Shown piece by piece: positions 26,368 through 33,665 of a stretch of DNA of 33,665 nt. Made by a program: the position numbers and the translations under genes. The stretch is from a virus (Duplodnaviria > Caudoviricetes): positions 1 through 33,665 of the IMG/VR virus record IMGVR_UViG_3300020045_006222; one strand, 5' to 3'. Each line of letters begins with the position of its first letter. Positions within the stretch are counted from its first letter, which is position 1. The notes under the pieces are model-generated. The model saw only the letters and a program-made list of their open reading frames with translations. It had not been told where the DNA came from and made no database searches.

Positions 26368-26570
26368 AAAATCTTCCTGTAAAAAACTTCGAGAAGTTCC
26401 GCGAGTTCTTTCATGTCTTCCGGGCCGAGTGCAGCACCTTCGCCAGCGTTCTTGTGATGATCGGCACGACTAATCCATGGTCTGTCACCGCCGGTATATC
26501 CATCGCCCGGAGGCGCTGTGATAATGAGATCTCCGATAGTAATGACGCCTTCAATTTTGACTTGCATCAC
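26364..26570 (-). CDS. hypothetical protein
   Basis: 68 aa, coupled on both sides. Confidence 0.55.
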   Translation of the reverse strand: MMQVKIEGVITIGDLIITAPPGDGYTGGDRPWISRADHHKNAGEGAALGPEDMKELAELLEVFYRKIL

Positions 26571-26974
26571 TTCACCTCATCGAGAGACAGACCGAATCCG
26601 CCATAATAACCGTTGTGCTCATTGTGAGTCGCAAACTGAATTGAACTTTTGTCGCCTTGGATTTCAAGAAAAGCGATCTCATGCTCGCCCCATTCATCGT
26701 CGTTTTCTGGCGCCGCGCCTTCCTTAACCTCAATCGAAACTAGCTTCTGTCCGACTAAGTCTCTCGGCTCATCGTCGCAAGTCATGTATCTAGATTCGCA
26801 GCATGACTGGCTGTCGTCCCAAATTTTGATTTCAACGCCGTCGTCGAACTTGAGGCGAAACTCGTCTCCGACCAACTCGGCTCCAGTGATTTTCTTACCG
26901 TAATAATCACTAGCTGATTTCGGCGAACCGCCACCGAGTGTATGCAACATTGCGCCCATTCCTAATCTGCTCAT
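26567..26974 (-). CDS. acidic phage protein with CCE and HNGYYGG motifs
   Basis: 135 aa; QSCCESRY...HNGYYGGF. Confidence 0.65.
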   Translation of the reverse strand: MSRLGMGAMLHTLGGGSPKSASDYYGKKITGAELVGDEFRLKFDDGVEIKIWDDSQSCCESRYMTCDDEPRDLVGQKLVSIEVKEGAAPENDDEWGEHEIAFLEIQGDKSSIQFATHNEHNGYYGGFGLSLDEVK

Positions 26975-27084
26975 TTCTATTTCCCTTCACAAGTTAACGT
27001 TCAATCTCAGTTTCTAAGCGCACCATCCGACGCCTGCATTTTTATGCAAGACTTGTGAATGGATCATGATATAGATAAATCTAT

Positions 27085-27417
27085 CTAATTTGTCGCATAC
27101 ACTGCTTCATTTCCGTCTGTTAGTTCCGCGAACCGATTCTCCAAGACATCGATTGCCGAGAAGCGTGTTTGAATTTCACGCTCAATGCGCTCAATCTCTG
27201 ACTTCAGAGCTTCTTGCTGCTCGTGAAGTTCTGAAACTTCGGTATGCAATCTGCGAACGTCGTAGAAGATCTTCTTTTTCTCTGTGAGCATGGCGACCCC
27301 TCTCATGTAGCTGGACCAAATCCATTTGGTTCCAAGTGCTAAGAAAACGAATATTGAAACAATACTGAGACCAACAAGGATGCTTGTGGCCAATGGAAAC
27401 CAAAGTGCTTTCGTCAC
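27085..27417 (-). CDS. membrane-anchored coiled-coil protein (possible internal start at MLTEKK)
   Basis: N-terminal hydrophobic helix followed by heptad repeats; internal GAGGGG SD before ATG 27291. Confidence 0.55.
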   Translation of the reverse strand: MTKALWFPLATSILVGLSIVSIFVFLALGTKWIWSSYMRGVAMLTEKKKIFYDVRRLHTEVSELHEQQEALKSEIERIEREIQTRFSAIDVLENRFAELTDGNEAVYATN

Positions 27418-28322
27418 GCGCTCACCTCGCTTGTTTCCCTGATCACCTTCAAAATGCGAGCATCAGTGAATTGATCCCGCGGCATTTCACAAACGCGAGA
27501 CCAACCTCCTAGCGCCTTGATCCAAGTCCAGCGATAATCGCTAAGCCATGCGCGTGCCTCATCGCCTCTATTAGCCCCGAAGGTCTGAATGGCGGTTCTG
27601 ATATGGCCAAGCTCGTCTGAAGCAGCTGGCGCCTGCCTGACGTTGTTTGAAGGCTGTGTTTTGCGGTAAGACTCCCAGCCCCGTTTAAGCCAGTTGGTAA
27701 AGAACTTGGCGAAATCAGATTTCGGCGCTTTCGCGGAGTTAGCCAGACACCACAGCCCAGCCGATTGAATTTCTCTTTCAACCCAGGCCTGGTCAGAATA
27801 AAGCGCCAGCCATGCGTGTTGAATCTCTGGCTTTACGTGCAAGAGCATTTCTGAAGTTGATTTATCAGTTTTCAAAATAGCCGCCGGAGGCGTGCCGTTA
27901 TGCCCTTCTTCTATCTTCTTCTTTATCTTTATCTTCTTCTTTATCTTAGGCGCGCTAGCTGCGCGCTCCGTGCGCGCGCGCTTAGAGTCTCTATCCAATG
28001 ATTCCAGTAACTTCGGCATTGAGCACACGATTACGTCTTCACGAGCTTCGAACGAGGTCAAGCCTAGGTCCGAGGTAGCTTGAAGGTAGGTAAGGGCTTG
28101 CTTGCGGTTACCGAACCCTAAGCTAGTCATGAGGTAGCTGATTTCAAATTCGAAAACACAGTGCTTTTCGCTGAACTCTTCTTCTTTCTGTTTTTCCAAT
28201 TTTTCGCCGCAAAGCTCGACAAGAGCCCAATATCGTCCGAGCGCAGACCAACCATGTCGGGCGCGCAATCGGCTCAAAGATTTTCCGCGAGTCGCATCAG
28301 TAAAGTGCTTGATGAATTTCAT
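27414..28322 (-). CDS. phage replication initiator (replisome organiser)
   Basis: ATG 28322 with GGGGAGG SD. N-terminal HGWSALGRYWALVELC helix-turn-helix-like domain, central KIKKKIKIKKK linker over repeated DNA, and FAKFFTNWLKR motif. Confidence 0.75.
   Translation of the reverse strand: MKFIKHFTDATRGKSLSRLRARHGWSALGRYWALVELCGEKLEKQKEEEFSEKHCVFEFEISYLMTSLGFGNRKQALTYLQATSDLGLTSFEAREDVIVCSMPKLLESLDRDSKRARTERAASAPKIKKKIKIKKKIEEGHNGTPPAAILKTDKSTSEMLLHVKPEIQHAWLALYSDQAWVEREIQSAGLWCLANSAKAPKSDFAKFFTNWLKRGWESYRKTQPSNNVRQAPAASDELGHIRTAIQTFGANRGDEARAWLSDYRWTWIKALGGWSRVCEMPRDQFTDARILKVIRETSEVSA
27905..27981. repeat. putative origin: CTT/ATC-rich tract plus GCGCGC iteron-like repeats inside the initiator gene
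   Basis: TATCTTCTTCTTTATCTT is repeated; GCGCGC occurs at 27950, 27961 and 27972 (11-bp spacing). Confidence 0.5.
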
Positions 28323-28368
28323 TTCAGCGCCCTCCCCAGAACGCGGAAGGTGTGTTGAAACCTGAAGA

Positions 28369-28390
28369 TGAATTCCCGTCTTTTTCCCGT
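28369..28390. repeat. integrase arm-type site, copy 1 (TGAATTCCCGTCTTTTTCCCGT)
   Basis: Perfect 22-bp direct repeat with 28614-28635; each copy contains two TTCCCGT units. Confidence 0.75.
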
Positions 28391-28485
28391 GTCTTCCTCG
28401 GGAAACCCGGAGCGAACGAAGGAAATGCCGGGAAGATTGGCATTCGGTAAGTAGTGGATCGGATTGAAACGCTATAGGTTTGAGA

Positions 28486-28535
28486 TGGTGCACTCGAGTG
28501 GATTCGAACCACTGACCTGCAGCTTCGGAGGCTGT
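28486..28535 (-). mobile_element. attP: attP core: 3' half of tRNA-Arg(CCG)
   Basis: Minus strand reads ACAGC-CTCCGAA-GCTGC AGGTC AGTGG-TTCGAAT-CCACT CGAGTGC A CCA. There is no 5' acceptor strand or D arm upstream, and it lies about 33 nt past the int stop. Confidence 0.88.
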
Positions 28536-28567
28536 AGCCTTCCAGTTTTTCGAATCCTCGCAAATCC

Positions 28568-29755
28568 TTATTCTGCATGGGTTTTTCCTGATTTTCGAGT
28601 GGTCTTGCTTTTTTGAATTCCCGTCTTTTTCCCGTCTGCTTTGCGGGATTTAGCGGGAATCCCATCAGAGATCAGGGCATTTTCTAAGCCCGCAAACTTA
28701 ACGACTTCTTCCAGCCCGCGAAGGTCATCAGCATTGAAAGTAACGTACCTTTGCGATTGGACCTTGATCGAAGCACCCGCCATTTTCTCTCTTTGCATGT
28801 CGGTGTGCGCTGTCGACTTGTTCGCGTAATATTCGTAGGTAGCACGAAGGTCATGGGGTTCGATTAGGCCCTCAAGACCAGCCTTTCTTAATACCGTATG
28901 CCATGATTTTGAGATGCTATCCGAACCCATGTGGCGATTCGGTTGACCTCGCTTCGGATATACATAGGGAGTGTTGATACCCGCTTCTAGCTGGTCACTC
29001 TGGATCTTTAGAAGTAGGTTCAACACGAATGGGTTGATGGGGACCGGACGTCCTTTGCGCGTTCTCGTTGTTTCGTCGTGAATGTAGAGCGATCGATCCG
29101 CGAAATGGACATCCTTCCACTTTAAGTGCATCTGCTCAGAACGACGCATTCCCATGAAGAGATACATCGCAATAAAGAGCAGTGTCTTACCTTCTGCATT
29201 TTTAATGAGCGCCGTCATCTGATCCGGTGTAAGAATCGGTCGTTTTCTTACAATCACTGCCGGAATCTCAAACTCTGGCAAAACGCGGATCATACCTTTT
29301 CGTTTTGCCCAGCGCAGGAAGCCGCCCATAACTTTGCGATGGTTTTTTAGATCAGCAACCGTGGCCTGATTACAGTATTTTTCCCAAAGCGGATCCGTAA
29401 TGTCAGAAAAGAATTTGTTTCCAAAGAACTGCAGCAGGTGCTTGTTCCAAATCGTGTCTATCTCTTTGAGAGTGCCGCCAGCCAGCTTCCTTCGCCCAGC
29501 GATTTTGCCATCATGCTGATCTTGTCGAAATTCACGGTATTCGCCGTATGCATGTTTAAGCCTGGCTCTGAAAGACTCAGCGCCGAGTGCCTGGCGAAGC
29601 GATTCATGGGCATCACGCGCTTTGATAGCCTGAAGCTCAGTCCTGAATTGCCCTAAGACCTTCTCGTCATCACCTCGGCGATAGCGATATACGCTCCCAA
29701 CCCGATACAGGTTCGGTGCAATTTTAATCCTTTTTGGACGTGTCGCCTCACTCAT
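28568..29755 (-). CDS. int: tyrosine integrase
   Basis: GMRRSE (catalytic R), LKWKDVHF, HDLRAT (HxxR) and RY (nucleophile); adjacent tRNA-derived att site. Confidence 0.92.
   Translation of the reverse strand: MSEATRPKRIKIAPNLYRVGSVYRYRRGDDEKVLGQFRTELQAIKARDAHESLRQALGAESFRARLKHAYGEYREFRQDQHDGKIAGRRKLAGGTLKEIDTIWNKHLLQFFGNKFFSDITDPLWEKYCNQATVADLKNHRKVMGGFLRWAKRKGMIRVLPEFEIPAVIVRKRPILTPDQMTALIKNAEGKTLLFIAMYLFMGMRRSEQMHLKWKDVHFADRSLYIHDETTRTRKGRPVPINPFVLNLLLKIQSDQLEAGINTPYVYPKRGQPNRHMGSDSISKSWHTVLRKAGLEGLIEPHDLRATYEYYANKSTAHTDMQREKMAGASIKVQSQRYVTFNADDLRGLEEVVKFAGLENALISDGIPAKSRKADGKKTGIQKSKTTRKSGKTHAE
28614..28635. repeat. integrase arm-type site, copy 2 (inside the int 3' end)
   Basis: Identical to 28369-28390; followed by inverted GCGGGA units at 28643 and 28653. 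Confidence 0.75.
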
Positions 29756-29768
29756 GATTCAAAGCTCC

Positions 29769-29996
29769 TTAGCCTGCTCGCTCGCGGAGTTCTTTGTCTC
29801 TAACTTCGTTCCAATCTACCATAGGATTTCGTGACGGTCCGTAGCGCTTATATTTATTTGCAGACAGCCGATTCTGAATCGTCTTCTTTGAATACGGTGG
29901 CTTGTCTAACTTCCAAAGGGCCTGAAGTCGCAAGACGCATTCCTCCAATGAAATCAAATCGGCTGATGAAATATCTGGTGCTCTTTTTAATGCCAT
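29769..29996 (-). CDS. putative excisionase / recombination directionality factor
   Basis: 75-aa basic winged-HTH-like protein (LISLEEC...YSKKTIQNRLS) directly upstream of int. ATG 29996 has an AGGAG SD and a TAATG overlap. Confidence 0.6.
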   Translation of the reverse strand: MALKRAPDISSADLISLEECVLRLQALWKLDKPPYSKKTIQNRLSANKYKRYGPSRNPMVDWNEVRDKELRERAG

Positions 29997-30706
29997 TATT
30001 TCTCCTGTTTTGCGGGCGCTAAGCGTTTCCACTGATCGCCAAACCTCAATCCCGCCGTTTCCAACATCACATCCATATCTTTGATAAAAGCAGGAATCAG
30101 CGTTTCGAATTTCTCGATCTTCTTCTCATCTCTCTTCACTTCGAGAAAATGAAGCGGCTTTGAAAGCATACGTGGATCAAACTGAACAACGTCCCAAGAC
30201 TTTGCACCCGTAACCCACATTTGAAATTGAATCTGCCAATCGTATTCAGGCTTGAGCTTCTTCTCTGTTAGAAATTTCACGTAGTTCGCTGAGTTCGAGG
30301 GACATTTGATTTCACAGCCTTTCGTGTCAGATACGAAGCCGTCCGGAGAACATCCGATGCGAAACGTTTCATCTTTGAAAACAAACGGAAGCTGAGTAAC
30401 AGTTTGGCCAGTCGTGAATTCATAGCCAGCGCGGGCCCCATCTTCGTTCGCGTTACCCCAGTCGAGATGTTTAGAGGAAATCTCTTCGATCAAGCCGGTT
30501 CCGATTTGCGCGACAAGATCCGCCATGTAAGTCAGGCGACCGTCGGTGTCTGCTCCGGCTACCGCTTTGGATGCGTTTGAAGCTGAGATCACGCCGAGTT
30601 TTGCGGTAAACCAAGCGTCCGAGCCTTGAGATGAGCTGGCTAATGAAAGGCCGAACTTGTTTTCGAATGCCGAGAGCGTTGCCTTGATTTCTGTTAGTGA
30701 CTTCAT
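29996..30706 (-). CDS. YqaJ / lambda-type exonuclease
   Basis: QGSDAWF...LGVISAS, WGNANE, GCSPDG, EIKCP and QIQFQMWVTG motifs. Confidence 0.92.
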   Translation of the reverse strand: MKSLTEIKATLSAFENKFGLSLASSSQGSDAWFTAKLGVISASNASKAVAGADTDGRLTYMADLVAQIGTGLIEEISSKHLDWGNANEDGARAGYEFTTGQTVTQLPFVFKDETFRIGCSPDGFVSDTKGCEIKCPSNSANYVKFLTEKKLKPEYDWQIQFQMWVTGAKSWDVVQFDPRMLSKPLHFLEVKRDEKKIEKFETLIPAFIKDMDVMLETAGLRFGDQWKRLAPAKQEK

Positions 30707-31641
30707 TGCGCCGCCTTTACTTGTTTCGGAGCTACGCTCTTTAGAAATGTTTGAAGCTTCAAGATTTCCAAATCAGCGAGCTTGTCGAGACTCTCGATAT
30801 CGCGCTTAAATGCGCGCACTGAATAATCGAGAAGCTCTTTCTCTGTACGTCCCGATTTAGCGAGTAATTCCCGAAGCGCCGCAAAAGAATGTGCGCGCTG
30901 ATCTTCAGAAGCTTTCGGAGCTTCAATCACCGCTGGATTCGCTTCGCTGTCGAGTTCCAAAAGATTCCGAACCTCAATTGGTTGATCTTTGCCGGACGGC
31001 CAATCCTTCCGCGCCCGACGAATCATGGTCTTCTTCACCATTTCACGCCACTCTGTATCGGTTCCGAACCAAGGACCAACGCCTTTTTTGAAAGCTTCAG
31101 ATTTTGAAGCAATCTCTTTCACTTCAACAAGCGTCATAGTGCTCGTTATGAAGTCGCCGCTCGGAAGTTTAGCTACACAGTAAACTCCATTCGGCTCACC
31201 ACGGTCTCCGAATGCGTTGAAGTTGTGAATCGGCGCTTCGTTAGCAGAGCGCTTTTTGAACTCATCTTTTTTATAGACGATTTCAGCTTGAGCCCATTCG
31301 ATAGCGCCCGAGTCTTCGGCTAACTTCTTGTAACCAAAATACGAGATGTCGGCGCAAACCTTCTGACGACCGTTTACTTTGCGTGGAACCAAGTATACTT
31401 CTGGTTTCATCGGATTCAGAGACAGTCCGGCAGACGCGATGTTAAGTACCGCGTACTTAAGAGAGTCAGGATTCTGAGCCGCGACGCCCGCAAGATATTC
31501 ATTATCTAGGAGAATCTGAATTGCGAAAGAGGCTTCGCGTTCAAATGTAACTGCGCCATGAATCTTCGCAAGCTGAGTGAAGCTCGGACGCGCAAGTTCA
31601 ATAATCTGCGCAAGGTTTTGAATGTTGGCAGGAAGATTCAT
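30703..31641 (-). CDS. recT: RecT-family single-strand annealing protein
   Basis: GLSLNP...YLVPR, ISYFGY, GPW and EMVKKTMIRRA motifs. Start moved to ATG 31641 (ATGA overlap). Confidence 0.9.
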   Translation of the reverse strand: MNLPANIQNLAQIIELARPSFTQLAKIHGAVTFEREASFAIQILLDNEYLAGVAAQNPDSLKYAVLNIASAGLSLNPMKPEVYLVPRKVNGRQKVCADISYFGYKKLAEDSGAIEWAQAEIVYKKDEFKKRSANEAPIHNFNAFGDRGEPNGVYCVAKLPSGDFITSTMTLVEVKEIASKSEAFKKGVGPWFGTDTEWREMVKKTMIRRARKDWPSGKDQPIEVRNLLELDSEANPAVIEAPKASEDQRAHSFAALRELLAKSGRTEKELLDYSVRAFKRDIESLDKLADLEILKLQTFLKSVAPKQVKAAQ

Positions 31642-32018
31642 ACGTACTGCTCCCATTTCTGCGAGCGCGACGCGAATTTCAAAATCTCATGATCGAGAAC
31701 CGCTTCGATGCAGAACCAAGTGCCCTTGTGGTCTTCGCGAAGATTCATTTCATCTAAAAGAATCGCAGCTTCAAATTGCGGAAGCCCGACGTGAATCGAC
31801 TTGATTCTGTAGCCTTCGTTTGAAAACTCGATATCACCATGCTCACCTTTACGGTAAATCGTGGCATCTACCTCGATTTGATAGAGAAGTCCCTCAACCG
31901 TGATTTCGAAGGTCTCCCAGACCCAGAGATACCACTTGCTCGTTTCAGCACTGCGCTCTTGCGCATTCGAATGGGCTTCGTAGTCCGAAGTTGGGGAGAA
32001 TGACTTAGCTAACGACAC
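31638..32018 (-). CDS. hypothetical protein
   Basis: 126 aa, GTG start with GGAGG SD. Confidence 0.6.
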   Translation of the reverse strand: MSLAKSFSPTSDYEAHSNAQERSAETSKWYLWVWETFEITVEGLLYQIEVDATIYRKGEHGDIEFSNEGYRIKSIHVGLPQFEAAILLDEMNLREDHKGTWFCIEAVLDHEILKFASRSQKWEQYV

Positions 32019-32043
32019 AATAGGCCTCCGGGCAGGCAGTTGT

Positions 32044-32775
32044 TTAGGCGATTAGATTTAAGTGGCGCTTTTTGGGTCCGAGCAAAACGACTTCGCTGCG
32101 TCCGATTACGGCTGCGAGAGCTTCAACTTTCGTTTTTAACTCTTGATAGATGATCTTGTAGAAAGCGCCCTCGGACATACGAGCGAGGAGATGCCGAGTG
32201 ATCACATCCTCGGCGACTGCAATTCTTGTCAGCTGCACGGCGGAAAGGTTGTCGCGGAGATTCTTGACCTTGTCTTTCGGCAGAAACAGAAAAGCAGAGT
32301 TTACGAGTTTCGTGATGTTAACAAAGTAGAACTTTGGCGAAGAGGACCCCTGCGCTTCCGCGTAGTGAACGAAGGCTTGAATCGCATCCGTTTCGGCGTG
32401 GCGAATTTGTTTTCCTTCGGCACGAGCTTCAATCCAACCGGATGCCCGTTGAACTTTCTTGAACTGCTCTTCGACATCTATAAAGTAGCGTCGAATCTTA
32501 CGACCGATATCGGTGCGCTCAACCATCGCAACTTCTTTAGCAGTACCTAATGTAAGTAAGTAGTCGGTCTCAGAACGATTTAAATTAGGTCCTATTAGGG
32601 ACCTCGTTTTAACGTAGTCAGAACCCTCTTCGAATCCAAACTCTTCGACCTTACCGATAATCCAACTATGGAATTTGCGACCAGGAGAAAGCTTTGCGTG
32701 AAGCTCGCGTGCGCTTACAGCTGTGATTTCTTGACCGTTTAAATCGAGAGGCCTGACCGGAACGAGCGCATTCAT
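32044..32775 (-). CDS. AntA/AntB-family antirepressor-like protein
   Basis: VSARELH, FHSWI, FGFEEGSDY, DYLLTLGTAKEVAMVER and GRKIRRYFI motifs. Confidence 0.85.
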   Translation of the reverse strand: MNALVPVRPLDLNGQEITAVSARELHAKLSPGRKFHSWIIGKVEEFGFEEGSDYVKTRSLIGPNLNRSETDYLLTLGTAKEVAMVERTDIGRKIRRYFIDVEEQFKKVQRASGWIEARAEGKQIRHAETDAIQAFVHYAEAQGSSSPKFYFVNITKLVNSAFLFLPKDKVKNLRDNLSAVQLTRIAVAEDVITRHLLARMSEGAFYKIIYQELKTKVEALAAVIGRSEVVLLGPKKRHLNLIA

Positions 32776-32877
32776 CGTGAATCTCCTGCAATTCTTGGAT
32801 TAAAATCGACGCAGAAATACAATCGCGGCCTCAAGGTATTGAGAACGCTGGTGTGCTTGTGCGAATGTTCGTATTAC

Positions 32878-33132
32878 TTAAACGGCCTTCTTAGCCTCTG
32901 ATCGAGTCCCGCTTGCTTTCGCGCCAACGAAAGGAAACAGGTCACGTTCTTGTACTTTAAAATATGCACAGAGTTTCTCGCGCAGCCTTCTCCTAGGAAG
33001 AGCCGGGTAAGCACCTGTCATTAATTTTGTAAGCGTCGATGATCCAACGTCTGCCTCGTAAGCTACGTTTGTTGTTCCACCGGCTTGCTCTACTAGCGTT
33101 TTCAGTTTTGCTGAGTTGCACGCGTCTTTCAT
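32878..33132 (-). CDS. Cro-like HTH regulator
   Basis: 84-aa XRE-like HTH, divergent from the CI-like gene. Confidence 0.7.
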   Translation of the reverse strand: MKDACNSAKLKTLVEQAGGTTNVAYEADVGSSTLTKLMTGAYPALPRRRLREKLCAYFKVQERDLFPFVGAKASGTRSEAKKAV

Positions 33133-33223
33133 TCGTCAAAGGTAACATATTGATTACCTTTTACAAGTAAAAAGTAACTCTCTGTTACGGGCAATAACGC
33201 AAAGACGTATGTAGGCTTAAAGA
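33133..33223. promoter_or_regulatory. lysis/lysogeny switch region: divergent promoters and operator-like palindromes
   Basis: AAAGGTAA-N8-TTACCTTT (33138-33161), TTTTAC-AA-GTAAAA (33159-33172) and GTAAC-N5-GTTAC (33174-33188). Leftward TTGTAA-N16-TACCTT with a TGn extension. Confidence 0.65.
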
Positions 33224-33665
33224 GTGAAGAATAATGAATTGAAAAGCGTTCACGCGCTTGCCGACCGTATCAGACTGTTACGGAAGAGCAGGCGCTGGAC
33301 ACAATCTGATCTGGCGGAAAAGGCCGGCGTTACGGACGGAGCGATCAAAATGATCGAGACCGCGAGACGCTCGCCGCGGCCGAAAACTATCGAAGCTATT
33401 GCAAGGGCGCTTGGAGTGCCGACATCGGAGCTCTACTCCGAACCACCCCAAGCCAAGCATCTTCAATTTGACCCGGCCCTCACGGAGAGGGTCGAGACCT
33501 ACATGAAGAACCTGATCGATGTAGCGCAGGGAAAACTTGTCGTTGTGCCAACGTCCAACTCCGCAATCTCTCCGGAGCGCCAGGCCCTAATCGACATCAT
33601 CCCCAGCATCCCGGACGTCACTGTCACCCAAATGCTCAAGCTCGCTACCGCCAGTCTTTCTCGGA
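33224..33665 (+). CDS. CI-like XRE-family repressor, truncated by the window end (absent from the ORF track)
   Basis: Manual translation from GTG 33224: ...LADRIRLLRKSRRWTQSDLAEKAGVTDGAIKMIETARRSPRPKTIEAIARALGVPTSEL...; the frame stays open to the end of the window. Confidence 0.85.
   Translation, partial: MKNNELKSVHALADRIRLLRKSRRWTQSDLAEKAGVTDGAIKMIETARRSPRPKTIEAIARALGVPTSELYSEPPQAKHLQFDPALTERVETYMKNLIDVAQGKLVVVPTSNSAISPERQALIDIIPSIPDVTVTQMLKLATASLSR

Noticed and set aside
28323-28493. 57-aa N-terminal extension of the initiator from GTG 28493
   Set aside because: It starts inside the att core without an SD, whereas ATG 28322 has a strong GGGGAGG.
28486-28560. Complete tRNA-Arg(CCG) gene
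   Set aside because: Only the anticodon arm to CCA is present; there is no 5' acceptor strand or D arm. Interpreted as the attP core.
33278-33466. 62-aa minus-strand ORF
   Set aside because: Antisense to the clear XRE repressor frame.
1-33665. Genome-wide stop-codon reassignment
   Set aside because: Genes are full length under the standard code, and TAA, TGA and TAG all end ORFs at tight gene junctions.

Overview
This 33.7 kb window is part of a temperate tailed dsDNA phage, in the excised (attP-intact) configuration. The short-tailed (podovirus-like) morphology is inferred: there are adaptor-, nozzle- and ejection-type genes and no tape measure or sheath gene in the window. Almost all genes are on the minus strand. 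From right to left: a divergent CI-like/Cro-like switch, AntA-type antirepressor, RecT and YqaJ exonuclease, xis-like gene, tyrosine integrase, attP (3' half of tRNA-Arg(CCG) flanked by two identical 22-bp arm-like sites), replication initiator and about 15 small early genes. Next come a short plus-strand island (RHH-like gene plus two tRNA-like structured RNAs), a DNA methyltransferase, terminase, portal, GNAT-like protein, scaffold, major capsid, fibre, tail and ejection proteins. Main signals: (1) attP lies inside the Cro-led operon between int and the replication gene, so integration should detach replication from that promoter; (2) two tRNA-like ncRNAs with no anticodon; (3) a TTTAATACTT motif before four late gene blocks; (4) a repeated CCA/GAC internal-loop hairpin in late leaders; (5) a probable ATC start codon for the fibre gene. 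Protein calls come from motifs and synteny read by eye; no database searches were run.
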